From Eubacteriales bacterium (lineage in GTDB: Bacteria > Bacillota > Clostridia > Oscillospirales > CAG-272), in NCBI GenBank assembly GCA_045535095.1, contig JAZSKY010000002.1, positions 1 to 63,061 of the forward strand: DNA of 63,061 nucleotides. The letters run 5' to 3'. This document shows positions 18,688 through 28,186 of the stretch, piece by piece (within the stretch, counting starts at the first letter, position 1; each line of letters begins with the position of its first letter). Position numbers and translations under genes: made by a program. Under the pieces are notes generated by a model, which saw only the letters and a list, made by a program, of their open reading frames with translations, searched no databases and had not been told where the DNA came from.

Positions 18688-20518
18688 AACAGTACACCAT
18701 CCAATCTGCAAGGAATATGATTGCGAGAATAATGAAGATTACGGGGAGCGGATCGTATTTTCCGTCAAATCCCTTGTCGCTCGCCTCTCCGACGAGAGAG
18801 ATCTCGCCCTCACTAACGCTCGGATCGCGCTCGGCTTCGCTCATCTCCGAGAAGATCGAGAAGCTTTTTGCCGATCCCGCAACGGTCATTGTGACCTTAT
18901 ATACTCCCACCTCGCTGAGCGGGAGAGATGCGCTCGGTGCGGACGTACTCAGATAAGAAACGTTGCCAAGCGGACTTTCAACTCTTATGCTTTCGCAGTT
19001 GGAGACTACGTTTATCTCTGCGCTCTCTGCGTTTTTATAAGAGGTCTTTTCCACTACGTCGGGGAATGAATAGTTAACGAGATTACGCATAAGAATCGCG
19101 TAATCGGAGAGCAGGGGAAGGTTGGAATCGTGAATATCGAAGGCAAATACGACCTCACGTACTCCGTCTGTCGTGCTTCCTGCAAAGACTATCGGATTAC
19201 CCTTGTATGTGAAAATATTTGTGAAATTGCGGTAAAATCCGCATTTTACGTATCTGGTAATGTGTATTCCTTCTCCCGGAAGATCCTTGGCAAGAGCCTT
19301 TGAGAGAGAGGATGTTGACGTGCTGAGCGAAAGAGTCTCTGAGCCCTCGAAGTCAACTGCACCCTGTACGCTGTATCCTGCGCCGTTGACGCTGCCCTGA
19401 ATATTCATAAGCCACACGCTTCCGTCCTTGGGAAGCTCGCTGATGAGACTTTCCTCTACCGAATCGAAGATATAAAGTCCGTATCCGCTTTGTCCGTTAT
19501 ACTGCGAGGGCTTTATAACGTCTATCTTAGCGTGAAGGATATTTGAGAGCATCGCCTTTATAAGGAAGGGACGCTCGCTGATAATAAGCGTGTTGTACGA
19601 GCCTTCGCTTTTAAGATCGTAAACGATATACTCGTTATCGTACGCAAAATCGTCGGCACTTGTTATCCTGATCTTCGCCTCTGTGAAGATCTCAACGTTT
19701 GCGCTGATAGTAAAGGGCGTTTTTTCGTCTGCAACGACGCTGACAGTTTCCTTTGCGATCGCAGTATCGGACGAGTTAATGAAAAGCTCCACGTCGAGAA
19801 GCGCGTCCTTATCGTACGAAATAAGGCTTCCTTCAAACTCAAGAAGAGAATTTTCGTGTGTGTAGATAACGTCGGAGAGAGCGTGATTAGATTCTCCGCG
19901 CGATAAGTTTATAACGTTTATATTATTTGATGCGCTATGCTCCTTGTCACTTACAAGATAGGTGATAAGAGAGGGGTTTTCATTGAAATATCCCTGCGCT
20001 ATTCCGAGCGCCTCGGTAAGGTCTGCGCTGTTATATGCGCTTTCAAGACCGCCAAGAAGGGTAAGAGCCTCCTCCTTATCCTCACTCTTTTCAAAGATGA
20101 CTCTCGTCTCGTTTCCGACTAAAACGAGCGAATAGAGGCTTCCGTCCGACGATTCCTCGATGATATCCGAGATCTCGCGCTTTCCTCTCTCAAATCTCGT
20201 TTCGCCGTCCTTTGACATATTCATACTGCCCGAAGCATCAAGGATAAAGCAGTATTCGTTTGCCGAGTTAGGCACGGCAATTATCGGATGCGCGATGGCG
20301 AGCGAAATGAGAATAACGGCAAGTATCTGCAAAATGAGACTGATGATTCCGCTGAGCTTGCTTAAAGGATTTCTCCTTTTAAGGAATTTCTCGCTGAGAG
20401 TCCACAGATAAGTAGAGGACACCGTTTGCTCGGTATATTTACTTTTTATTATGTAAATGATTACCAGTATAGGCAGTCCTATAAGTCCGAGTAATCCAAG
20501 TGGGTAAATAAAACTCAC
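18665..20518 (-). CDS. BatA-type N-terminal double-TM + vWA domain protein
   Basis: MSFIYPLGLLGLIGLPILVIIYIIK..., FILDASGSM (DxSxS), C-terminal TM. Confidence 0.85.
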   Translation of the reverse strand: MSFIYPLGLLGLIGLPILVIIYIIKSKYTEQTVSSTYLWTLSEKFLKRRNPLSKLSGIISLILQILAVILISLAIAHPIIAVPNSANEYCFILDASGSMNMSKDGETRFERGKREISDIIEESSDGSLYSLVLVGNETRVIFEKSEDKEEALTLLGGLESAYNSADLTEALGIAQGYFNENPSLITYLVSDKEHSASNNINVINLSRGESNHALSDVIYTHENSLLEFEGSLISYDKDALLDVELFINSSDTAIAKETVSVVADEKTPFTISANVEIFTEAKIRITSADDFAYDNEYIVYDLKSEGSYNTLIISERPFLIKAMLSNILHAKIDVIKPSQYNGQSGYGLYIFDSVEESLISELPKDGSVWLMNIQGSVNGAGYSVQGAVDFEGSETLSLSTSTSSLSKALAKDLPGEGIHITRYVKCGFYRNFTNIFTYKGNPIVFAGSTTDGVREVVFAFDIHDSNLPLLSDYAILMRNLVNYSFPDVVEKTSYKNAESAEINVVSNCESIRVESPLGNVSYLSTSAPSASLPLSEVGVYKVTMTVAGSAKSFSIFSEMSEAERDPSVSEGEISLVGEASDKGFDGKYDPLPVIFIILAIIFLADWMVYCYDKYQFR

Positions 20519-21399
20519 TTCAAGACCTCCGTGTTTACGAGTTTTTCAAAGAATACGTCTCCTACGCTGTCGTCTGCCGAGACGAGAAGGTATGCGCCTC
20601 CGCGTGACGCGCAAAGGTCCCCGACCTTTCCGGTGACGTAGATAAGCGCTTCCTTGTACGCCTTCGCAATGTCTCTGTCGATGTTTTTGCGATAGGTCGA
20701 AATGGCGTTTTCAGAGTCGAAGAAATGAACCTTTCCGCGAACGAGGGGATTTAATTCTTCCTTAGTCAGCACCTGAATACATACGATGTCGCGCTTTTTC
20801 TCGGAGAATCGGTCGATAGCGCCCTCATAATCGTTGTCGGTGAGAAAGTCGGATATAAGCACCGAAAGTCCGTCACCGTAGCCAACGTTTTCGGGGAGAA
20901 TGGCATCGCTTATGCGGCAGTCACCCTCAAATACCACGTCGTTAAGCTGACCGATCGACGAGAGATAAGCCTCTTTTCCGACGATGCTTTTTATTACCTC
21001 GGTGACCTTTCCGCCGTTTAACGTGTATATTGACACCTTGTCCATTTCGCATACAGAAAGATAGGCGATCAGCGCGGCAATTCGGAGTGCCTGCTCGGCC
21101 TTTTTTGCCTCTCCGTATTCCATAGAGCGGCTGGCGTCGATATATATTCTCGTGTGCATCTGACGCTCGTCAAGATAAAGCTTCGTGTAAAGCTTTTCAA
21201 AGCGCGCGTACGCATTCCAGTCTATTTTGGTTGTATCGTCGCCCTCGGCATAGTCCCGAGAGTCGGCAAATTCACAGGAAGAGCCGTAGGTTTTACTCTT
21301 TCTGTTTCCGCCAAACATTCCTGCGACGTTGTTTTTGAGAAGCATTTGCAGACCTTCTATCTGCTGAAGAAGCTCCTCGTTAATAACAGATCTGCCCAT
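20515..21399 (-). CDS. DUF58 domain protein (vWA-like MoxR partner)
   Basis: GSSCEFADSRDYAEGDDTTKIDWNAYAR, IYIDASRSM, LISDFL. Confidence 0.9.
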   Translation of the reverse strand: MGRSVINEELLQQIEGLQMLLKNNVAGMFGGNRKSKTYGSSCEFADSRDYAEGDDTTKIDWNAYARFEKLYTKLYLDERQMHTRIYIDASRSMEYGEAKKAEQALRIAALIAYLSVCEMDKVSIYTLNGGKVTEVIKSIVGKEAYLSSIGQLNDVVFEGDCRISDAILPENVGYGDGLSVLISDFLTDNDYEGAIDRFSEKKRDIVCIQVLTKEELNPLVRGKVHFFDSENAISTYRKNIDRDIAKAYKEALIYVTGKVGDLCASRGGAYLLVSADDSVGDVFFEKLVNTEVLK

Positions 21400-21402
21400 A
21401 GA

Positions 21403-22383
21403 TTATTTCTTTATCTCCTTAACGAGCATATCGATAACCTCGTCAACTGTGAGCTTTTCGCTTATTGCGGTGTAGCTGAGCTTAACTCTGTGGCGAAGAA
21501 CGGGCTTTGCGAGTGCTTCAATATCCTCGTAGGATACGTTGAAGTTTCCATTCATAAGAGCGCGTACTCTTGCTGCGGAAACGAGAGCCTGAGCGGCACG
21601 GGGAGAAGCGCCGTATCTGAGGTACTTCTTTGCAACACTCGGAGACTCTTCGAGCTCGGGGTGAGTACCCGAAACGAGGCGCGAGGTGTAATCGAGTATC
21701 TCGTCAAGGACGGGAACCTCCTTTGCAAGCTCTCTCATATCGAGTATGGTCTCTCCGTCAAGGACTGCCTCTGCGGTCTCAGCCATGGTGATTCTGGTCA
21801 TTTTTACGATATCAACGATTTCCTTTGCAGAGGGGAACTTCATTATAAGCTTGAACATAAAGCGGTCCATCTGCGCTTCGGGAAGGGGGTATGTACCGTC
21901 CTGCTCGACAGGGTTCTCGGTAGCAAGCACGAAGAAGGGCTCGGAAAGCTCGTAGGGGACGTTTGCAACCGTCACCTTATGCTCCTGCATCGCCTCAAGC
22001 ATTGCCGACTGCGTTTTCGGGGTTGCTCTGTTGATCTCGTCTGCAAGAACGAGGTTTGCAAATATAGGTCCGCGGCGGAAGGTGTTCGTCATTCTGCCGT
22101 CGGGATCCTTTTCGATAACAACGTTACCGGTAATATCGGAGGGCATAAGGTCGGGGGTGAACTGTATTCTCGAGAAGGGAAGATTGAGCACCTTTCCGAG
22201 CGAGCGCACGAGACGTGTTTTTCCGACGCCGGGTACACCCTCGAGAAGCACGTTACCGCCCGAGATTATAGCGAGGATAACGTTGTCAATTATCTCTTCC
22301 TGACCGACGACGTCGCGGCGGATCTCCTGCTTGACCTTAGCTATTGATTTGCTGAAATTCTGTATTCTTTCCATGTTTTCCAT
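21403..22383 (-). CDS. moxR: MoxR family AAA+ ATPase (MoxR-proper type)
   Basis: LLEGVPGVGKT, RIQFTPDLMPSDITG, LADEINRATPKTQSA, NPVEQDGTYPLPEAQMDRF, GASPRA. Confidence 0.95.
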   Translation of the reverse strand: MENMERIQNFSKSIAKVKQEIRRDVVGQEEIIDNVILAIISGGNVLLEGVPGVGKTRLVRSLGKVLNLPFSRIQFTPDLMPSDITGNVVIEKDPDGRMTNTFRRGPIFANLVLADEINRATPKTQSAMLEAMQEHKVTVANVPYELSEPFFVLATENPVEQDGTYPLPEAQMDRFMFKLIMKFPSAKEIVDIVKMTRITMAETAEAVLDGETILDMRELAKEVPVLDEILDYTSRLVSGTHPELEESPSVAKKYLRYGASPRAAQALVSAARVRALMNGNFNVSYEDIEALAKPVLRHRVKLSYTAISEKLTVDEVIDMLVKEIKK

Positions 22384-22412
22384 TGTTATATTCCTTTCAA
22401 ACCTTCGTTTTG

Positions 22413-23834
22413 TTAGTTGTTTTCGCCTGTTCCGTTAAACAGTGCGGCAAAATAGTCGCTGATAAGCTGTTCAAGCTCGTGTTCGACGTTTCCGTCTGCA
22501 AACTGCTCGGAGATCTTTGCGTAGTATCTGTTAATGACCTCGCCGTACGAAACGTACTTTCCGCTTTCGGGATCGTATATCATATCGTCGCTTCCGAAGA
22601 TCATATCTCCGCTTCCGAATCCGCCCGAATTAAGCGGATCGTCGCTGTCCTCATGCTCGTAGTCGCCCTCTTCCTCTTTAAGAGCGGGAGCGGACGGTCT
22701 CGACTCTGCGGGAAGCTCGCTTTCGCTTATGCCGAATATCTGCATAAGTCTGCGGACTGCTCCGTCACAAACCGAGCGGTTAGTGTACTGAACGAGCAGC
22801 GCCGACGAGATGCTCTCGCCATGGTGAGCAAAGGACGCGTCTATCTCGCCGTCGGTAAAGCTTCCTGACGCAAGAGAGGAAATCGCGGATGCAAAATCGT
22901 TCAGCGCGATATAGAGCTTGTCTGTGTCGTTAACTCCCGAGCCTTCAAGCGCGCTTACTATCCCGGACGATATTTCGGTGAGCTTTGCCTTGCCGTTATC
23001 ACTAAAGAGTGCGCGTATCTCGGTAAGCTCTCCGCCGAGCGTTATAGCATCAAGCGACTCTATCGGAACGGAAAGTGCCTTCGTTTGCTCGTCAGATGCA
23101 AGGGACAGAGAAATATACGGTGCAGAGTTGTGGCCGCTGAGTATCTTCTTTACGTCGCGTATTGCGCCGATTACCGAGGTCTTCATTTCGCTGACCTTTT
23201 TTGCCGCGCGAAGCTCGGTGAGGAGTCCCTCAAGCTCGCCGACCGTTGCACCTCTCGGCTCACTCTCCATCTCGGAGCGCCGAACGTCCTCAATAAGATC
23301 CTTCAGCGCCTGCTCCTGCCACGAGGAAAGGGTGAAGGCGGGATCGTCATCAATCGGACCTGTCTGTCCCTCTGAAACTGCGTTTGGAATCAGAAGAGTT
23401 ACGACAAGCAGTACCGCCGCTAAAATCGGCATTATGAGGTGAACAAGGAAGCTTTCGCCACGAAGCTTTTTGACGTCGGCTTCGCCGAGTATTCTTTCGG
23501 TGTCCGATCTCTGCATTTCGATCATATCGCCGTCTGCGTTTTTAAACTCGATCATGGTAGATACCTTTTCGCCGAGCGAAAGGGAGGCGTCCAGTCTTTT
23601 TGCAACTCGCTTTTCGCTTGGATAGAAGGCTATCAGCGAGATAGCAATAAATATCAGCGCACACAGAGCGCCCGATATAAGAGATACCGAATTTATCGGT
23701 ATTTTTCCTGCGCACTTATATATAAGTGAGATAAGAGACGATACGAATATTCCCGACGATAGCGCAAACACTGCTGATTTGAGGAGTGTTACGAGAGTCA
23801 GACGTCTCCTTAGCCTTTGAAAGTTTTTATACAT
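22413..23834 (-). CDS. Uncharacterised 3-TM membrane protein with a long helical domain, first gene of the MoxR operon
   Basis: 473 aa; two N-terminal TMs, VAKRLDASLSLGEKVSTMIEF, third TM, acidic helical tail ending in YFAALFNG. Confidence 0.75.
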   Translation of the reverse strand: MYKNFQRLRRRLTLVTLLKSAVFALSSGIFVSSLISLIYKCAGKIPINSVSLISGALCALIFIAISLIAFYPSEKRVAKRLDASLSLGEKVSTMIEFKNADGDMIEMQRSDTERILGEADVKKLRGESFLVHLIMPILAAVLLVVTLLIPNAVSEGQTGPIDDDPAFTLSSWQEQALKDLIEDVRRSEMESEPRGATVGELEGLLTELRAAKKVSEMKTSVIGAIRDVKKILSGHNSAPYISLSLASDEQTKALSVPIESLDAITLGGELTEIRALFSDNGKAKLTEISSGIVSALEGSGVNDTDKLYIALNDFASAISSLASGSFTDGEIDASFAHHGESISSALLVQYTNRSVCDGAVRRLMQIFGISESELPAESRPSAPALKEEEGDYEHEDSDDPLNSGGFGSGDMIFGSDDMIYDPESGKYVSYGEVINRYYAKISEQFADGNVEHELEQLISDYFAALFNGTGENN

Positions 23835-23885
23835 ATATGTACCTCTTTTTGGTATAGAAAAAATGCGAAACTACTCCAACTAAAT

Positions 23886-23914
23886 ATTATATATAATAAA
23901 ATATATAAAGTCAA
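23886..23914 (-). promoter_or_regulatory. Sigma-A promoter for the MoxR operon
   Basis: TTGACT-17-TATAAT. Confidence 0.8.
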
Positions 23915-23972
23915 GAGTTTTTTCGCATTTTTCGTTTGTATTTGACACTTTAATATGAGAAAACCGCGCTTT

Positions 23973-24767
23973 TCAGAGCTGTTTTTTGATTCTCTCAAGC
24001 GCGCTCTTTTCAAGACGGGATACCTGCGCCTGAGATATTCCTATCTCGTCTGCTATCTCCATTTGAGTCCGTCCGCTGAAAAAACGCTTTGAAATTATCA
24101 TTTTTTCGCGTTCTCCGAGCTTTGCAAGAGCATCGCGCAGAGCAATATTTTCAAGCCACGCATCGTCCGTACTGCTTTCGTCCTTGATCTGATCCATAAT
24201 ATATATAGCGTCTGACGACGAGCCGTCCGAATATACGGGATCGTAAAGAGAAACGGGATCAACTATCGCTTCAAGAGCGCATACGACCTCGCCGCGAGTG
24301 TGAGTGTCGCCCTCATTTTTAATAAGAGCGTATATCTCGTCTATCGTCGGCTCTCTCGACAGCTTAGACGAAAGTCTGTCACGCGCAGAAAGTGCCTTGT
24401 AGGCGAGATCGCGCACTGATCTGCTGACTCTGACCATATTATTATCCCGTAGATACCGACGAATTTCGCCGATTATCATAGGGACTGCATAAGTGCTGAA
24501 TCGCAGTCCAAGCTCTGTATTGAAGTTATCTACCGCCTTTATAAGACCGATGCAACCGATCTGAAAAAGATCGTCGGGATTTTCGCCGCGTCCCGAAAAT
24601 CTCTGAACTATGCTCAAAACGAGACGGAGATTTCCGTCTATAAGCTCGCGCCGCGCCACCTCGTCTCCCTCGCGTACCTTTTTCAGAAGAGCGTCCTTTT
24701 CGTCCTCGGTCAGAACCTTCAGATGAGAGGTGTTTATGCCGCAAATATCGACCTTTCCGATATACAT
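23973..24767 (-). CDS. sigG: Forespore RNA polymerase sigma factor SigG
   Basis: KVDICGINTSHLKVL N-terminus (SigG-type), GNLRLVLSIVQRF, DDLFQIGCIGLIKAVDNF, GISQAQVSRLEK. Confidence 0.92.
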   Translation of the reverse strand: MYIGKVDICGINTSHLKVLTEDEKDALLKKVREGDEVARRELIDGNLRLVLSIVQRFSGRGENPDDLFQIGCIGLIKAVDNFNTELGLRFSTYAVPMIIGEIRRYLRDNNMVRVSRSVRDLAYKALSARDRLSSKLSREPTIDEIYALIKNEGDTHTRGEVVCALEAIVDPVSLYDPVYSDGSSSDAIYIMDQIKDESSTDDAWLENIALRDALAKLGEREKMIISKRFFSGRTQMEIADEIGISQAQVSRLEKSALERIKKQL

Positions 24768-24801
24768 TTTACCAAATCCTTTGTTTTACATTTCTGTAAA
24801 A

Positions 24802-24831
24802 CATTATTGCCGTTGAGTGCTGAAATGATAC
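24802..24831 (-). promoter_or_regulatory. Probable sigma-F/G-type promoter of sigG
   Basis: GTATC-15 bp-GGCAATAATG on the minus strand, resembling the sigma-F consensus GYWTA-N15-GGnrAnAnT. Confidence 0.6.
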
Positions 24832-24864
24832 ACAAGGCGGACTATGGTAATTTTTTGAAAAAGA

Positions 24865-24888
24865 AAAACAGACCCGAAGGTCTGTTTT
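24865..24888 (-). terminator. Intrinsic terminator separating the DUF1015 gene from sigG
   Basis: AAAACAGACC-CGAA-GGTCTGTTTT. Confidence 0.8.
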
Positions 24889-24893
24889 ACGTT

Positions 24894-26084
24894 TTATTTA
24901 ATTTTTCTTGCCTCGATATAGAATCTCTTATCGGAAGCGTGACCCATAGAGAAGGTCTTTCTCGGAAGTACTCCGTCGTGCATAATAGCAGGGAAAAGCT
25001 CGCTTTTCTGCATTCCGTCAAAGATAAATCCTACCGTATTTTCCTTTCTTGAAAGGCTTTCAAGCACGTCCTCGCCGTGAATATAATCTACCGACGCTCC
25101 GCCGTTTTCCTTGACGTATCTGTCAATGAAATCCTGAAGCGCGCCGACAGTCAGCGAGCCTTTTGTGTCGATATAAATATCCTTTTCATTATCTCCGAAG
25201 ATGAGGTGTATCTTGCTGCCGTTTTCTACGTTAAGATCGCCGAAATGCTTTTCCATTGCAGAGAGCATATCGCCGGGGCAAACACCGAATACGGTGCGGT
25301 ATATCGGCTCAAAAACGAGTGACGCGTCGTGAATATTGACTATCTCGCAGAGCGCGTATCTCGATGCCTCGAAGGGATTTCTCGTGTAGCATTCCTTTGC
25401 GGTTGCAAGCGAGTGGTTTCCGTCTCCGACCGCGAAAAGCATACCGTCGTCAGAGATAAGCTCGGAGAGAGCCTCGTTTATCTTTATCTGCGCGTTTTCA
25501 TCTACGAAATATCCTTCGATGTGACCCGAATCCTGCATAAGATCAAAGTCATACGCCTTCTTCATATCGCCCTTGGTGTTTTCAAGAGGACCGAGTACCT
25601 TGTTCTCGGGGTCGTCTATAAGAATAAGAATGTGGGGAAGCTCAAGCGGAGCGTCCTTTCTTATCGCAACTCTCGGGGGGATTCTATCAATTACCGTCTG
25701 CTCTGTTGCACGGATGAGCGACTTTGCGCCGGGGTGCCAGTCGTACTCGGAAAGGTCGATAGCGCCGACGATTCCGTGACGTATCTCGCCCGACGAGATC
25801 TCTCTTTCAACGTATATCATAGAGTTCTCAAAGCTGTCAAAAACGCCGCCGTCAAGGTAGTTTTTCATATTTTCATTTACCTTGTCGATTCGCTTTTCAA
25901 CGTTATCTGTAAGATAGATTTCGGGAAGAGTGATGCGAAGCGCGGACGGCTCGTTTCCAACGAATGAGTCAACCGCATTCCAATAGTCAGGCTCGCTCGT
26001 GTACTGATCGCAAGCAACGACTGCCCATTTTTCAAAGTTCTTTTTCGGCAGAAGAATGTCTGCGCTGTGAAGATATTTTTTCAT
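24894..26084 (-). CDS. DUF1015 domain protein
   Basis: WAVVACDQYTSEP, RATEQTVIDRIPPR, FAVGDGNHSLATAK, LPRKTFSMG. Confidence 0.9.
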   Translation of the reverse strand: MKKYLHSADILLPKKNFEKWAVVACDQYTSEPDYWNAVDSFVGNEPSALRITLPEIYLTDNVEKRIDKVNENMKNYLDGGVFDSFENSMIYVEREISSGEIRHGIVGAIDLSEYDWHPGAKSLIRATEQTVIDRIPPRVAIRKDAPLELPHILILIDDPENKVLGPLENTKGDMKKAYDFDLMQDSGHIEGYFVDENAQIKINEALSELISDDGMLFAVGDGNHSLATAKECYTRNPFEASRYALCEIVNIHDASLVFEPIYRTVFGVCPGDMLSAMEKHFGDLNVENGSKIHLIFGDNEKDIYIDTKGSLTVGALQDFIDRYVKENGGASVDYIHGEDVLESLSRKENTVGFIFDGMQKSELFPAIMHDGVLPRKTFSMGHASDKRFYIEARKIK

Positions 26085-26114
26085 AATATACGTCCTTTCA
26101 GAAAGCTATAACTG

Positions 26115-26143
26115 ATTTTATATCCTTTTTCTCAAAATGTCAA
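26115..26143 (-). promoter_or_regulatory. Sigma-A promoter for the DUF1015 gene
   Basis: TTGACA-17-TAAAAT. Confidence 0.75.
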
Positions 26144-26161
26144 TAGGTATAGGAAAAATTG

Positions 26162-28102
26162 TTAATCGGAAAGATCTTTTTCGCCTGCGATATAACGTCT
26201 TGCCTGAGTTGAGAAAAGGGTATAGTAGTCGCCCTTTTTCTCCATAAGCTCGTCGTGGCATCCGATTTCGGAGATCTCACCGTCCTTCAGCACGATTATC
26301 TTGTCAGCAACCGTTGCGCTTGAAAGTCTGTGAGATACGAAAAGGGTGGTTTTGTCCTTTCTGAGCTTGTCAAACTGATCGTAAATCTCCTGCTCGGCAA
26401 GCGGATCGAGAGACGCGGTAGGCTCGTCAAGAATGAGTATATCACTGTTGCGGTAAAATGCGCGGGCTATCGACAGCTTCTGCCATTGACCGACCGACAG
26501 CTCAAGTCCCTCCTGCTCGAAGATCCTCATAAGAGGAGTATCGTATGCTTCGGGCAGCTTTTCGATAAATTCATCTGCGCCCGACTGCGATGCAGCTTCT
26601 CTGATAGCCTTTGCGTCCTTCTCGCGCGAGATCTCGCCGAATGCGATGTTTTCTCCCGCAGTAAAGGCATATCTGCCAAAATCCTGGAATATGATACCGA
26701 ACACCTTGTAAAGCTCGGACGGATCGTAATACCTTATATCCCGTCCGTCGAAATATATCTCTCCCTCGGTGGGATCGTAGAGACGGGTGAGCAGCTTTAT
26801 AAGGGTGGTCTTACCCGCGCCGTTGAGTCCGACGAGAACTGCGGTATCTCCCGCGTCAAGCTTGAAGCTCACGTTTTTGAGTACCTTGCGTTCCTTTCCG
26901 GGGTAGGAAAAGCTTACGTTTCTGAACTCTATCGAGTGACCTTTTCCGCGCTCTACGGGGATAATATTTTCCTTGTCAAGCGGTGCGATCTTCTTTTCTT
27001 CATTCATAAATATTATCATATTTTCGATGAAGAGAGTGCCCTCGTATATACCCGATGATGTGGAAATAAGCGTGTTTATTCCGCCTGAAATGGAGTTAAG
27101 TGCGCCCGAATAGAGAGAATACTGACCGATCTCCGCTATCGTGCCGATTCGCACTCCGTTTGCGATAAAGAGAAATAGGAGACAGTTTATCGAGGTCGAT
27201 ACGAAGGAAAGGGCAATATGCCAGAATCCTTCGGCTTTTATCAGCTTTTTGTGACCTTTATAGTATTTTTGGAATACCTCGTCGTATTTTTTTTCAAAGG
27301 TATCGTTAAGATCAAAGAGGCGTACCTCCTTGACCGTATTTTTGTCTATCGTGAGTCCCGAATAGTAATTAAGCTGTCTGCGCTCCTTTGAATTTCTGCG
27401 CATATACATAAAGTTCTTGCGTCGGTACTTGAAATTGATTATCGCAGAGGGGATAGCAAATGCGATAGTCACGAGAGACGCCCACCACGCAACAGTGCTG
27501 AGTATTATTATATAGGAAACGATGCTGATTATCGCGCTGACTATCGAGAAGGTCGAGTTGAGAACGTTTATGGGACGAATACTCGCCTCGCGGTTTGCGT
27601 TTTCAAGTCGCTCGTAGAAATCGGGCATATCGTAGCTTGAAATGTCAAGCTCTCTCGCCTTTTGCATTATCTTGCGCTTTATGTGATTTGTAACCACCTC
27701 ACCCGAGGTACGGTTGATTATCGTGTTTATATTGTTTACAAGGCTTCTGAAAAAGAGAAAAGCAAACTGTAAAACGAGAGGGAAAAGAATAAGAGAAAAG
27801 GGCGCGACCTCACCGTGAATATTGAGGTGCGTGAGTACGATATAAAGCTTATTTAAGAGATTTGCGCTGATAAGCGAGCCGATAACCGGCATAATTCCGT
27901 CAAAGATCGCCATAAACGCCATAAGGAAGAGAAGTGCAGGTCTTGCCTCCCAAACGAGCTTTACTATGTAAAACAGACGCGAGAAGAAGCCTCCGATCAC
28001 CTTTTTAAGATAAGAGGGAACCTCCTTCAGCGATTTCGGAGGCGGCTCTTTCAGTTTTTCTATCATTATGCGATGATCGGGCATTCCGAATTTCTGATCC
28101 AT
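26162..28102 (-). CDS. ABC exporter, fused permease/ATPase (start moved to 28102)
   Basis: TM domain plus GLNGAGKT, LSVGQWQKLSIARA, ILDEPTASLD, SHRLS; SD AAGGAG before ATG 28102. Confidence 0.92.
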   Translation of the reverse strand: MDQKFGMPDHRIMIEKLKEPPPKSLKEVPSYLKKVIGGFFSRLFYIVKLVWEARPALLFLMAFMAIFDGIMPVIGSLISANLLNKLYIVLTHLNIHGEVAPFSLILFPLVLQFAFLFFRSLVNNINTIINRTSGEVVTNHIKRKIMQKARELDISSYDMPDFYERLENANREASIRPINVLNSTFSIVSAIISIVSYIIILSTVAWWASLVTIAFAIPSAIINFKYRRKNFMYMRRNSKERRQLNYYSGLTIDKNTVKEVRLFDLNDTFEKKYDEVFQKYYKGHKKLIKAEGFWHIALSFVSTSINCLLFLFIANGVRIGTIAEIGQYSLYSGALNSISGGINTLISTSSGIYEGTLFIENMIIFMNEEKKIAPLDKENIIPVERGKGHSIEFRNVSFSYPGKERKVLKNVSFKLDAGDTAVLVGLNGAGKTTLIKLLTRLYDPTEGEIYFDGRDIRYYDPSELYKVFGIIFQDFGRYAFTAGENIAFGEISREKDAKAIREAASQSGADEFIEKLPEAYDTPLMRIFEQEGLELSVGQWQKLSIARAFYRNSDILILDEPTASLDPLAEQEIYDQFDKLRKDKTTLFVSHRLSSATVADKIIVLKDGEISEIGCHDELMEKKGDYYTLFSTQARRYIAGEKDLSD

Positions 28103-28157
28103 TTTTACTCCTTTTCTATGCACAAAACAGTACTTATACTTAAAAAATATACACCCT

Positions 28158-28186
28158 ATTTTACCACGATTTGCTAAAAGTGTCAA
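28158..28186 (-). promoter_or_regulatory. Sigma-A promoter for the ABC exporter
   Basis: TTGACA-17-TAAAAT with an extended -10 TG. Confidence 0.75.

Noticed and set aside
21154-22347. 397-aa plus-strand ORF
   Set aside because: Antisense shadow of moxR/DUF58.
26162-28102. ABC exporter as the marker of a RiPP/bacteriocin cluster
   Set aside because: No precursor peptide, modification enzyme or peptidase domain nearby.
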